Below are positions 39,601 to 53,015 of a stretch of 64,000 bases of DNA, in pieces (the stretch's first letter is position 1; every line of letters starts with the position of its first letter). The notes beneath the pieces were generated by a model. The model saw only the letters and a program-made list of their open reading frames with translations. It searched no databases and had not been told where the DNA came from. Origin of the DNA: Octopus sinensis. Its lineage: Eukaryota. The stretch spans positions 67,518,001-67,582,000 of the forward strand of contig NC_042998.1 of NCBI RefSeq assembly GCF_006345805.1, read 5' to 3'. A program made the translations under genes and the position numbers.

Positions 39601-39662
39601 TTTACGCACGATGAAATTGAGTGTATGTTTATACTTCTACAATAAATAAATAAAAAATTATA

Positions 39663-40203
39663 CAGGGTGTTTAAAACGTCTCTCCGCATTAAGTGTTTTA
39701 TTACAAAATAAATATTTATAAGATGTTATATAACTACAAAAGGATATATTAGACTTTACAAGACTTTAAAAACTTTATAAGAGGTGTTGAAAGTGTCGTT
39801 CTATATAAGGTCTCTCTTTTACACGTTTTCAAATGCATCTTGGAGAGTCTGACGCAATGTGGACCGTGTGAAGGTTATAATTGCGTCTTTTTAGCTCTGT
39901 AATGGTTTTTGGCTGATTCTTGAACACTGATACTCTCCAGAAAAAATGTCTGGCGGTATTAAATCAGGTGATCTTTGTTGCCAAAGTCCCTTCGAAATAA
40001 TCCGTTCACCGAAAAAATTTTGAAGTAGCTCCATGGTGATATGCGAAGTATGTGCTGTAGCTCCATCTTGCTGAAAGTATGCATTATTAATTTCACTTTC
40101 CGTGAGTTGGCTTAGAAATGGATAGACAATATTTGAGCAATATCTCTCGGTTTTGATGGTGTCTTCAAAAAATTCACTGCGGAGAGACTTCTTGAACACC
40201 CTG
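39663..40203 (-). mobile_element. Internally deleted IS630-Tc1-mariner element (rosa/DD41D-like lineage, D38D spacing) with both TIRs and TA TSD
   Basis: Left TIR CAGGGTGTTTAAAACGTCTCTCCGCA (39663) matches the reverse complement of the right end, CAGGGTGTTCAAGAAGTCTCTCCGCA (to 40203). TA at 39661-62 and 40204-05. Internal frame FFEDTIKTERY...YFQQDGATAHT...FFGERIISKGLWQQRSPDLIPPDIF. Confidence 0.88.
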
Positions 40204-42687
40204 TATTTTGTTTATACAATTCCTAATAATATTTGATGTAAAAATAAAACAAGATTTTTTAAAGCATTGAATGACTGTGAGGGTCCAATAATGTAATATA
40301 GGAATCAAAGGAGCCCATAGGCGAAAAACGGCTGAGAAAGGCTGATATCAGATGTTACGTTATTAGCCTTGTAAGGAATAGATTTGGTTTTGCTGATGTT
40401 GTTTTTGTTAATTCAAGGTTAGTCATAACCGAACAGCCTTATAATCAGATGCATTCCACGCGTGACTCTCCCAGCGCTTCCTTCAGATAGAATAAACCTA
40501 AAAATACGGTAGCCAATATGTTTTTCATCTTTTAAGAACTTGTGGAATGATATAAGGAAGATTTTGTCATTATTTCCAAAAGATCAGATAACCAAATAGT
40601 TTATCTTTCATGCGTAGTGTAAGGAATAGGGTGGTTATTGGAGGTGGTGCAGTTGGCAACATCATTTGAAGAATTAGCAGTAGGGACAGGGTCCTAAAGG
40701 CTGAGGTAGCGAAATGCATATTGTTTCAGAATAGAGACAACGAACGGACTGAAATAAATATAACGAGAGAGAGGGGGCTGAAAGTGGGATAAATAAGGCA
40801 GTAGGGAGGAGACAGACAGACAAGCAATCAGACACGCAGCGAGCAATAACCAAGCAAGTAAATATAATACAGTTGAATAAAGGAAAGAGAAAGAAGGAGG
40901 AGCAGAGAGAGAGAGAGAGAAAAAAAAAGAGAGACAAGTTAGATAGTGTAAAAATATGGCGAGAATAATGTAGGCAGAGAGCGGTAATGGATCATTTAAG
41001 TTGTCTCTTGAAAGAGGCATTTCTTTTCCCTGAATAGAAAATATTCATAGGAACATACTAGAAATAAATATTGTTTATTATGTTTAGCTAATACCTTGTA
41101 TAAGACAGAAAATGAGTTTTGTGACAGATATGGCTCCCAAAAGTCGTTAGGATACTGGTATCGATGAAGTTAAATTGTCACGGAATGAGATACTGCATAG
41201 TGTTTAAATTTAGAAAACCTCACCACCTGTTTTAGAACTGCTAGATGCTAAAGTGTCGATTTTCGTTATATTTATAAGAAGGAAAATGGGAAAATACAAT
41301 ATTGGTGTTCCCATGAGTAAACCTAAAGTAGAATTACGTTAAGTGAGAATCAAGATGGAAATGAATCCATGACACGCCATATGTCTCATAAGGTCATGCA
41401 CAGAATCACCACCATTTTTCAGAAAAAATATTCAACAAAACTCAAAGCAGAGTAGAGACGGATGATAGAATACGGTAAAACAGAAAATGTTTCGGATCGC
41501 TGCAAGCTGGTTAGAATGCTTTTACTCTTATGTTTCCAGAGACAAAACATTTTGACAAATCACATTAGCTAAAGTGTAGTGCAATAAATAACTACAATAT
41601 TGTAAAGTGACAATTCAGTTTGATTGCATTTGTCACTTGTCATACGTCACTGGAACAGGTTGTGTTGCGAAGAAACAAAGTTAATATATTTAAAAAGCAA
41701 ACCACAGCATAACTCATTTTACAAAGACTGATTTCTTTTTCTTTTTACTAAAAATATAACCATATGGTACATGCGTACACACGTACACGTGTGTATTTGT
41801 GTGTACATGCACATATACATGAAATTGTATATATATATATACATATATGTGTGTATGTGTGTATGTGTGTGTGCGTGCATGTATGTATGTATGTATATAT
41901 ATATATATATATAAATATGTATATATGTGCATGTATATATATATATATGTATGTGTGTATGTGTGTATGCATATATAATATATATAAATAAATAAGTATA
42001 TATATATTTATATATATATATTGATGGTAATGGAAAGACAACAAAATAATGAAAGAGAACTCGGTATTATGTAAATGTCACTTTTAGATCACTTGACCAC
42101 TGAAGAGGATTCCACCAACATTCTACTACTGTCGTACCATTCAGCATTTTTATTATTCTTTCACTTCTTCTTCGCCGCTACCTCCTTTCTCGGCTACTAC
42201 TGCAAGTACTCATATCAAATATAGATACTACTATAGCCTGCTACCTGCTAGAAGACCTCACATGAGTAAAAACGAGAGAAGGACAGAAAAAGGAAAATGT
42301 CACTTGCATTTAAAAACTGTGGAAATACTTTAAAAAAACATTTCATTTAATTTTTCCCCAATTGTTTTTTCATTCTTTAGTCGAAGTTGAAAAAGTCGCC
42401 AAGTCTGAAACCGGTACTAAAATGTTCTTCATGATAAAATTACTTTAGCATTTTCTACCTTATGTTATTTTCCTTATATATATATATATATATATATAAG
42501 CAATGAGGAATGAGTATCAATGGAAAATACAAGCCCAAGGAAATGTCCTCAAAAAAGCCGCATTGTGAAACATGAAATTTGATAAAGTCGGAAATCTCTA
42601 GAAAAGCAAATCACTATTTCCAGTATTGGCATAATAGGGGCAAGACCCAGCTCGCATTAAATTCTCTCTATATTTATCTCTGTGTAT

Positions 42688-42721
<34 letters not shown>

Positions 42722-42914
42722 TATCCTTATGTTTAAAGGTTTCACAGCAAGGGCACTACATTTAAGAGTCTTTTGTAGACTGTATGAAAATTTACCCACA
42801 CGTTTACATATTTTATCCTTGACATAAACTAAGAAATGCAAGCTAATCTTGCCGGAAATGGACATTTCTAGGGACGGAACTAAATTCCAATCCTGTTTTT
42901 ATTGATTATACAGG

Positions 42915-42926
42915 GAAAGAGGGAGG

Positions 42927-42964
<38 letters not shown>

Positions 42965-43061
42965 TGAGAGAGAGATGTTTATAGATAGATAGACAGACAG
43001 ATAGATAGGTAGATAGATAGACAGACAGATAGATAGGTAGATAGATAGGTAGGTAGATAGG

Positions 43062-43147
<86 letters not shown>
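42915..43147. repeat. (GA)n + (GATA)n microsatellite
   Basis: Directly visible; the source of the YLSI ORF 42899-43399. Confidence 0.96.
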
Positions 43148-46100
43148 TGTGTGCGTGTATTTCAATTCCTTTATTATAAGAAACAATGCGATTTTACACG
43201 TATTCAGAAACACATACGGCGAAGTGTGAACAATTCTTAATTTTCTGTTATGGCGGAAAATACTGCCGAATTGAAGTACAGGAACTCTGAATGTAAATGC
43301 AATAGGCATGTGCAGAGAAAATAGCAATATTTCATGTTTGCAGGCACTTCTGGATATTCTTGCCAAATATGCATCGTTTATCTGAAAATTGTATGTCACT
43401 TTGTCTTTTTGTGAAACATGAGTATTTTTTTATATATTTACATATAATTCTTTACTAATAAACTTTAACCTTTTCTTGATGGCATATGTCAGAACAAGTC
43501 TCTCCTTATATTTGCTCAAGCAACGGTGCAAGCGATGCTACAGCAGTTTCACATTGTTGTTGTTTATTTTATGTGTGTTTGTGTGTGTGCGTTTTGTTTT
43601 TGATTTATCTTGTTTTTGTTTATTTTCTTTTATTTTTTAATTTTCCAACGAGTTATGGGAACCGAAAGGAATTTTGTTTTATTAGCTTCGTTATGGACGA
43701 CTTAAGAAATATAGAAAGACGTTTTCTGTATCCTTGCAATTGCTTTGTTTTTCCAATTTCGTCTTGGATATTTCTCTCTAAAATAGAACTCGTGTAATAG
43801 TACCATTGCTTATTCACACCCACAATCATTAAATATCAAACATCTCTATCTCGTATTCTAAAACTATAACTTATGTTTTAGTAGTTTGCACAGTTTTCGT
43901 ATTACTTTCTTTCTTTATTTGCATTCAAGTGTCGCTGTCATGACCGATCGTATTGCCTATTCTAGCTTAAAATATGAAGACATGACATTTGTTTGCCATT
44001 GCGGAACGACAGCATGTAAATCTGGAAAACTATAGTTCAGTGAAAGATTTTAAAGCAAGTATTATTTAAAATGACATTAGAAATAACACTTTACACTAAG
44101 GCAGATACATTAATGTTACTACTTTTCACATGACATATTGTTAGAAATGTCAGAGAACTTTATCTTTGATGCTCTAGGTTTTGAAACATTTGTGCTGACA
44201 AGACAACATATTATCATTATAATGGACCTGAAGAAGTCGTTCATTTCACTCACTAGCTTCAAAAATAAAATGAATGAAAAAAATAAGAGTTTGTTGCGCA
44301 TGACTACTCAATGAGCAGTGTTACTCAAGCAGAGACCGGGTGATAAATATCATTTCTCACTCGAAATGCTAATTGTAAATATCGATGTTCCATGTATTTT
44401 TCTCATGTTGAAATGGTAAAGCCAAAGAAATACGACTTATGTTTTCATCTTATCTTTATTACATTTGCAACGCGGATATGTAGGCATTGAAGTAGAAACT
44501 CAGATATTTACATGTCTTGCCATTCAAATAACTTTGGGAATATTTTTGCGTAATATTCGGTTAAAAATTAAAATAAAAAGACTTTGTAACAGAGTGAGAG
44601 ATAAAGACATTTTTAAAATGCACGTTCTATTGCAAGGTACTGAAAGTGTACAAATAGACGTCTACTTTAAGGTAGGTAATTGTAAAGAATTCTAAACTTT
44701 AGGTTGATTACTGTATAGTAACTGTGAGTTCGAATTCTGCTAGGATCGACTGCCTTCGTTTGCCACTTGATATCGAGTAAATATATTTTTGTAAAATGCT
44801 GCCTGTATTAAGGTGGCGACATGACAGAATCATAAGCGCATCAAACAAAATGCTTAGTAGATTTCTTCTGGCACTATACGTTCGAATATCACCGAAGTCA
44901 AATTTACTTTTCATCATTTCGTGGTCAATGAAATAAAGTACCACTCAGTTACATAGGTCGATGGTATTGACTGATTCCTCCCTACTGAAATTGCTGGCCA
45001 TGATCCAAACTGTGAAGTAGTTTTATGTTTGAAATGAAATATAAACAATACAAACTCTCCACTCATTCGCATGTTACCAAAAGAAAACCGATCATAAATT
45101 CGCTAGGTATACATATAATTGCAAAATTTTGTATAAAGCCTATAGGGGGAAAATTTATTTGATATGGATTACACATAATGAAAGCCTCAGGGTTATAATA
45201 TTTTTAGGTATTATTATCACTGACAATCTTTTCTGTTTATCTTACATACGAAACAAATTAATTCCAAAGATTGAACTTCCTTTTCACAATGTGACAACCC
45301 TGCTAGTCTGATACGTTTCTGAAGGACTGCAAAGATTCGATTACGTATATCCTGTTGCGCTAATTACATATTTGCTGTAGGTATGTATATAGGTTACCAT
45401 AGCCAAATGAAGACCCGCTGATTGATTAGCAAATGCTCACTCACTAACATACTACATACTCTGGTCTTCTAATGCCTGATTCCACTTCCAGTTTATTTCA
45501 ATGTTAAACCTAAACTTTACTACATGGTGTATTCCAGTAAGAGACACTTGCATTGATATAAAGGAATGCTACAGCGTTTTCCCCATTAATTTTTCAACAA
45601 ATTGTAAGAACGAAAAGGAATTTTGATTTATCAGTTTCGTTACGAAAGTGTTGGGAATGGCAAGCTAATTTCTACACAAGATTTCAATCATCTGAACTAT
45701 AGAACAGTAGCTTCTTAGTCTCAACTAGTTAATTCCCAACCAAACAACCGCTATATTCCGTTCAATGATCTTTCTCTTTTTTTTTATCCCCGAGTTCGGT
45801 CGAAAGATAGTAGGTTTCCCTTTTTATTGAATCCGTGATTTACTCGAGCGTGTCACTCTCTATAATTTTATATAGACCAGTCATTTTCCTGTAAACGCCA
45901 CGTTACAGATGAATAACTAGCATATTGGATTTCAACAGCTTAGGTCCCCGAAATCCTTGGACACTGCTTTCCCCTGATTAATTACGGGAAAATCCCATCA
46001 TAATTTAATTCTACTGTTTCATATATATTACAAGTTTCAATTATTCATTATGAAATGACCCTATTAATTAGTCTAAAATCAGTTTAACTATGAAGGTCAT

Positions 46101-47269
46101 ACCTAATTATTGGACGAACATTGTAACTTCCATCTAATTAATCAGTTAGTAGCCGTAAGAGTGTTGGGCAAGATGACTTGTCAGAATTTGTTCTGGTTCA
46201 CTGTTGTTTGTTTTTAATTTTGTCTTAATCCATTCTGGATTGATAAAATAAAGCATCAGGGTAGATTTAACAAAATTCTTAGAGATTAGATGTAGATTCT
46301 TGGCGATATTCTTCGAGCAATTTGTATTATCCGTACTGGATGATTGTCTTCACCCAGTTGAACTTCAACGCATGGTCAATTAGTGCCTTTAGTAAAGGTC
46401 ACTCTATTGCAAGCAGAGGTCAAAATAGTTAAAGGATCATCCATGGCCCTTCATTATTCATTTATGTTATTCATTATTGTTTATGATTATAAATGAACAA
46501 ATCATTAATATTTATAATGACGAAAAAATAGAAATGAAAAATACTATTTCCTCAGTCGGTTTGTTGTTAATTAGCACAGAGAAAAACTACAATCATACTT
46601 AGTTTTTGTACTAAATCTCTTCCAGGCGTTTGTTTTCTCAAAACAAACGTCGCTTCTTCTTTCTTTGAATTATTTTATATCTTTAATTTTTTTCGAGCTT
46701 CATTATCCTCTGTACTTGTGTTTTCTAAAGGTAAATGAATATAAATTTTACTTCATAAAGTTCATGAGAAAATTTATATGTTTAATTGTATATTTTGACA
46801 CGGTTTGTGTATTTTGTTTTGATAGTTTGATTTTTTAAATTTTTACATAGACATTTCATATGACTTCTATGTCGTTTTTGATCGCGTTTAACGTTGTTTT
46901 TGTATTTTGTGTTTGCAGACAAGTTCTATTTCTGTAGTTTTGCTCTTCTAGTTATGTCTATTGATACTCCGTCTGTTATTACACAGATCTTTAGGGGATT
47001 TATATCAACTACATCTGTCATTCGTCTTTTTTGTATTCTATCAAGATCAACATTGTTTTGCACTAGTCATGTCCTATTTTTAACGTTATATGATATGTAT
47101 TTGTTTATCGTTGTGTGAGTTTATTTATCTAGTTTCAACTTTATAGTACCGATTATAACAATAGATTCTTTCGGTCATTATTTTTGATCACCAACATAGA
47201 CATTCCGCTAGTGAATATTCAGTTATTTTAAGGGCAAGAAGAACCACCATATGAATACTCTTTCATCAT

Positions 47270-47728
47270 ATAGGATATCCTATGTGTTCAATTTCTTGTG
47301 TGCTGCATTGTCTTTGCAATTTTTTACCCTACACAAGCCTGACCTTCTTACTTCTAATAATAGCGGTTCTGTGGCATTTTTTACATACCATGCTATGTTG
47401 TTTTCTTCTGTTCTAATGCTGTGTTTGCATCCAATAAGTTCTCTTCCCCCCTCTTTTTCTTGTCTGTGTCACTTTTTGGGTGGAATGACCCGTATCTAGT
47501 CAGCAACTTCCTTGTCTTTCTGTCTAAGCTGTTTAGTTCGTCTACTGCCCGGCGATTAGCCCTGATTCATATCTAAGGAGTGAAACCGCCCAGGTGTTGA
47601 GGGTTTCAATCTTATTCCGTCCATTTAATTTCGACCTAAGGATCAGTCTCAGTCTGCGCAAGTACTCCAACTTAAATTTTCTGGTCATTTCTTTCTCCAT
47701 CAATTTATCCATTTCCAAAATCCCCAAT
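47270..47728 (-). mobile_element. R4/Dong-like (restriction-endonuclease-type) non-LTR retrotransposon relic
   Basis: LGILEMDKLMEKEMTRKFKLEYLRRLRLILRSKLNGRNKIETLNTWAVSLLRY / DELNSLDRKTRKLLTRYGSFHPKSDTD..KRGGRELIG matches the post-RT region of R4-type elements (KSxLNGxNKxxAINTWAV; HPxSDxDRLY; RKxGGRGL). Confidence 0.78.
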
Positions 47729-47984
47729 TAATTACAGCTTGTATTATCGTTGTTGTTCTTGTTGTTGTTTCTATAGCTATGAAAATGATTAGATTGCTGG
47801 AAGGAATGGTTTGCAGAATTTCTACAGGTTGTTTATACTCTGGCGAGGTCAGCATTGCTTGCCGTCTTCCTGGAGTGGACAAATAAAGTATATCCCATGT
47901 ACTTTGGTTGATAATATTCTTTAAAACACGTCTATAAAATTGTAAGTGTTGTTCCTATGCTAGAAACCACTATAAATGTAGGGT

Positions 47985-49140
47985 AGAGGATTAGCAGAAT
48001 CGGTAGAGCGTCGGAAAATTGTCTTGCAATATACGGTATATGTGTTCTGATTTCAAATCCCAACGTGCTCAACTTTTCTTTTCATATTTTCAGGTAAATA
48101 AAATACAGAGCCAGTTAAATACTGGCGTACATTATATCGACTGACATCTCTTTAAAATTTTCTGGATTTGTACCTAAATTAGAAAAAATTTTAACGATGG
48201 CGAATTAGCGAAAGCACTCGAGGGTTGAAAAATAGCTTCCCATATGTGTACTGACATTTTACGCTCTGGGCTGAAATCCTGCTAAGCCAACTTTGCTTTT
48301 TAAGATTCCTAGGTCGATAAAGTAAGTACCAGTCATATTCTGGGATCAGTGTTATCAACAAACACCTTTTCTTCATAACCGATGGCTATTATTACTATTA
48401 GCAGCAAGGCAGCAAGCTTGCAAAATGGTTAACACCCCGGGTGAACTACTGATATTTCGCCTTGTTGCTACGTTCTGGGTTCAATTTCCGTCGAGGTTGA
48501 CTATGCCTTTCATTCTTTCGGGGTCGGTAAATTTAGTACCAGTGAAACACTGGGGTCGATGTAATTGACTAGTCCCTCACAAAAATGTCAAGCTTTGTGC
48601 CTATAATAGAAAATAATGCGGTAAGCTGGCAGAATCGTTAGCGCACCGGGCAAAATGCTTAATAGCATTTCGTTTCGTCCGTCCTTATGTTCGGAGCTAA
48701 AATTCCGCCGGGGTCGACTTCACATTTTATTCTATTGGGGTCGATAAAATGAGTACCAGTTGAGCACTTGAGTTGATGTAATCGATTTAGCTTCTCCCCC
48801 AAACACCCTGCCCGTGTGCCAAAATTTGAAACTGTGTGTCTATGTTGTCCCCACCATCACTTGACAACCGGCGTTGGTTTGTTTATGCCTCCGTAACCTA
48901 GCCTTTCGGCAAAAGAGAACAATAGAATAAGTAATAAGCTTACAAAGAATATGTCCCGGGGTCGATTTGTTCGACTAAAGGCGATGCTCCAGCATGGCCG
49001 CAATCAAAATGACTGAAACAGGTGAAAGATAAAAAAAAGAGAGTAGTAAGGCGGCGTCCTAGGAGATTTACCAGCTCGCCAGGCAAAATATTGAACGGTA
49101 TTTCGTCCGTCTTTACTCTCTGGGGTCGATAATATCAGCA
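47985..49140 (+). mobile_element. Head-to-tail array of at least six SINE copies (five family A, one family B 3' half)
   Basis: Family A heads at about 47988, 48195, 48405, 48618 and 49048; family B 3' half at about 48830-49040 (cttgacaaccggcgttgg...ggggtcgatttgttcgactaaaggcgatgctccagcatggccgc). All are in the plus orientation with short spacers. Confidence 0.8.
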
Positions 49141-50683
49141 CAAGTTGTTGATTAGTAGTAGGATGAGGAAGCGAAGGATGTTAAGGAGTTACATGATAGG
49201 TACTAGGAGAAAAATGATGTAAAAGACAGCTATGTTTTTAAGGTTATGCCATATTCTGTTCAATATTACGTTAATGTCACCCTCGATATCCTTTCCCTTG
49301 TGTTAATTCGTTTATTTTTTAGACTTCAAAATTATAGTTGTTGCCCCACATCCAACTACTAAACATTGATTTAGAAGTATCCATCGTTTAAACGAATTAC
49401 ACATAAAAATAAATCTATTGTGTCTTCTTTAGAAAAATAAGTTTGATCATAGGTAAACCATAAATGTTATTGTGTTGAATATTCTCCTGTTGTATAAATG
49501 ACCTTTTAGTGAAAATTAAGCATATGTACGCCAAACGGGAAATTGAATTATATTCTGTCTCCGTTTGTAGAGTTCTTGTGTTATATATTTATTTACTTCA
49601 TTCATATTGAACGGCTCACATAACTGGAGGAATAGCCGCAAGATAGTAGTACATTATTTATGTGTATTTGTATAGATGTATGTGTATTTGTGTGCGTGTG
49701 TGTGCCATGTGTATGTGTGTGTGCTTATACATATATGAATACTTGGTTACGTATGTACGTACACATAAACATATATATGTATTTAATGCTTACATACATG
49801 CATACATACATACATACACACACACTCGAACACAATTACACACTGAAATTGCTTGGTCGATATGATTGGTTGATCGAAATAAATATATCGATGTATATGC
49901 ATACATACATACACATATTATGTGTGTGGGTGTGTATGTATGTATGTATGTATATATGTATGTATCTATGTAGGTATGTAAAGTGAGAGACAAACAGACA
50001 GACAGAGATCGGTAGATTTTAACACGTGTTTTGTGGTAGCTTTTTATTTTTATCGTTATTCTACTAAATTCGTGAATGAAGCAAACAGGCAAATTATCTG
50101 AAGGGTGATTCTTTAATTAATTTAATAAAAATTTACTGATAAAGTATGTTATCAATAAATGTTTCTGGAAGTCGCTCACTATAGTTACTGAAGTCAGTTC
50201 TCAGATGCGTTCTGTTGTACGTAACCGAAACAGAGAGAAGGTCCCAGATATTTTAAAGAAATGGCATTTTATAGACGTTAGAAAGATCCGGCTGGAAAGT
50301 CTGTTATTCAAAATATGTTTTGTGTAATGCGTGAAATTTAATTATTTCTTTTATTATCTCTCTTTGTTTAAGTATTTCATAGTTCTTTTAGAAAAGCTCA
50401 CTGTTTCATAAGGTGAATACATTTATAAATGAAAAATATTCTAAACCTAACAATTCTTTTGTTGTTTTAGTTATTTTCTCATTTGTTTTGTCATGGCTTA
50501 ATCACATGACAAACGCAAGGTCTATGCCCCCCCCCCTTTCGGGCCCAGTAAGCTTGATCAGAAGAAAAGAAGTTACCTTCAGATTGGAGAACTGCCAAAA
50601 TGCTATGAAACATACGGCAATTAATGGTGAAGTGGTGGTGTTAAAGGAGGAGATAGATCTGTAAATTTTCCAAAGCAGAAATT

Positions 50684-50879
50684 GTTCACGGGACGTTCTT
50701 CCACATAACAATTCTCTTCCAAATTTCACCTCCATAGGTGGAAGATATTTGCGCAATAGTCAAATCCTTCAAATGGAACACGATACCACGTAGTTGTGAA
50801 ACCAATGTCTTGCTCTCACAACTAAAAATGCTTTCCTTTTAAACACATATGTCCATAAATCCTTTAGCCTATATATAAG
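50684..50879 (+). repeat. ~195-bp direct repeat, copy 1 (copy 2 at 51651-51846)
   Basis: gttca.gggacgttcttccacataacaattctcttccaaatttcacctccataggtggaagatatttg.gcaatagtcaaatccttcaaa.ggaacacgataccacgtagttgtgaaaccaatgtcttgc.ctcacaactaaaaatgctttccttttaaacacatatgtccataaa; about 6 substitutions. Confidence 0.95.
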
Positions 50880-51204
50880 GGGAAATCCTGCTGAAGCCAG
50901 CTTTGATCTTAACCTTCCTAGGTCGACAAAGTAGGTACCAGTCAAGTTCTGGTTATCAACAATGCTAATCTACATGTTATCAACAAACGGTTTTTCTTCA
51001 TAACTGATGCCATTATTACTATTACCAGTTTTAAGGCGGCGAGCTGACACAATCATTAGCATACCATGTAAAATGCTTAGCATCGTTTCTTCCATCTTTC
51101 CCTTCGGAATTGAAAGCATTTTAGTCATTCATAACATTACAATTGTCAGTTCAAACCGCTACAGTGTACCTAAACTTAAATATCTTTTCTACTGGAGGCA
51201 GAAG

Positions 51205-51575
51205 GCCTCTGATTTGTAGGAAGGGGACTAGTCGATAACATTTACCCCAGGGTTTCACAGGTACGTAATTTATCGACCCCGAAAGAATGAAAGGAAAACT
51301 CGACCATTGTGGAATTTGAACTCAGATCGTAGCGACGGGCGAAATACCAACAAACATTTCGTCCAGCGTGCTAACGATTCTTATTTCTTTATTGCCCACA
51401 AGGGGCTAAACATAGAGGGGACAAACAAGGACGGACAAAGGGATTAAGACGATTACCCTGAAAGGATGAAAGGTAAAGTCGACCTCGGTGGAATGTGAAC
51501 TCAGAACGTAGCGATGGGCGAAATACCACTAAACATTCCGTCCAGTGTGCTAACGATTCTGCCAGTTCGCCACCT
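51205..51575 (-). mobile_element. Tandem SINE family A copies
   Basis: tttatcgaccccgaaagaatgaaagg...ggaatttgaactcagatcgtagcgacgggcgaaatacc...gtgctaacgattct occurs twice (about 51265-51382 and 51455-51572), with a tail segment between. Confidence 0.85.
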
Positions 51576-51650
51576 TTACTCGTACTTAAATATAGGTCAA
51601 CAGAAAATTCAGAATTTATTTCTTCCCCTATTCGAGAGCAATTTTCCCTA

Positions 51651-51846
51651 GTTCAAGGGACGTTCTTCCACATAACAATTCTCTTCCAAATTTCACCTCC
51701 ATAGGTGGAAGATATTTGTGCAATAGTCAAATCCTTCAAACGGAACACGATACCACGTAGTTGTGAAACCAATGTCTTGCCCTCACAACTAAAAATGCTT
51801 TCCTTTTAAACACATATGTCCATAAAACCTTTAGCATATATATAAG
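51651..51846 (+). repeat. ~195-bp direct repeat, copy 2
   Basis: Near-identical to 50684-50879. Confidence 0.95.
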
Positions 51847-52502
51847 TATATAAGTACTAATTTATTTTCATCTCATTACAGATATACATTCTAGTGATTG
51901 GATATGTTTCGGTTAACCATATGTCATTTTCGTCTAAAGTTACGTAACAATGTGTTTGTCATGCTGAAGCCATGCTTCAGCTTTTTTCCATTATCATCTA
52001 AAAACTACTTAATCAATTAACAAACTACACTCAAGTCTTTCTGTTGCTTGGTGGTTACTTGTTACGTTATGATTCACTCCTTTGAGAGCGTCAAATAAAA
52101 CTGAATCACATCTGAAATTGTCGTCACAGGGAACAAAGACCAAACTCACTGCTTACATATCTTCATTCATGTTTTGGCCAATTGAAATAACTGACTGCTT
52201 TTACTTGCCATTTTTATAACAGTTTTTATTAACGCTGATAATTCTCTTGCTACAAGTATGATTTCAACTGGGTCTATTGTTTTCGCTTGACTACACTGGT
52301 TATTTTAGACAAACCTTAACTACAGGTAAATATACGTAATGAGAAACAGGAAATATACTTTCTTAGATGTTGTATGAAAGACAAAATTACAACAACCTGA
52401 AAATCGTTTCCATCCAGTACTATATACAGCTGTATTTTCAAAACTTCTTACAAATCACAAACCCATCGTTTAACGTGTGTCATTGCTTTTCGCGTGTTTA
52501 TT

Positions 52503-52845
52503 TTAGCTCCGCCAAGGGAGGAGGTTATGTTTTCATTGGCGTTGGTTTGTCCGTCTGTCCGTCTGTGAAATAACTCAAAACGTTTTGAAAGGTATTTGAT
52601 GAAACTTGCAGGAAAGGTTGGTAATAACACAAAAAACAGATGAGGAAATTTTGGTAGTGATCCATGAATTTTTATGCATTCTTGAAGGATTTTTCATTTG
52701 TTATATTTACTTCCCTTGAAAACACATTCATCGTTTCCACTTAACTTATGGTGGCGCTGCTGTTTCCAAAGTATTTTTTCGTTTCTCTATTAGTAACTTT
52801 ACTTACATATCTATCTTAAAATGAGCTGCTTGGTAGAGGTCTGCG
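52503..52845 (+). mobile_element. HINE / DINE-1-like non-autonomous Helentron, copy 1
   Basis: 5' T-run, then sub-terminal IR CTCCGCCAAG (52507-52516) and ggaggttatgtttt; (GTCC/GTCT)n microsatellite at 52546-52566; 3' CTTGGTAGAGgtctgcg (52829-52845); 3' hairpin lost. Confidence 0.68.
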
Positions 52846-53015
52846 GAGGATGACATGTGAAGCCTTGATTAATGGGATCGACTCAAATATCCCAGGCTTT
52901 GCTCCCTCCACTGCCGCTGTGAAACTAGCTTGCTGTTGTCATTGATGTATTATAACTGCTTCAGACGATTCCTGTTTTTAAAGAGTCTTTAAAATTATAT
53001 GGCAGTGTTATGTTG

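Larger units (their letters stand above)
39195..40348. mobile_element. Possible older MITE disrupted by the SINE and the D38D element
   Basis: Ends ...ggggtccatataagatttt (about 39215) and gagggtcca...ggagcccataggcgaaaaacggctgagaaaggctg (about 40280-40348) resemble the end fragment ggtggttctcaaatggggtccatattacccttgggggtc at about 13980-14018. Confidence 0.35.

Noticed and set aside
43948-44050. VMTDRIAYSSLKYEDMTFVCHCGTTACKSGKL* resembling a post-SET CxCGxxxC motif after an AG acceptor
   Set aside because: The SET-domain GEELxxDY motif is absent and no upstream SET exon was found; one short Cys motif in 64 kb is compatible with chance.
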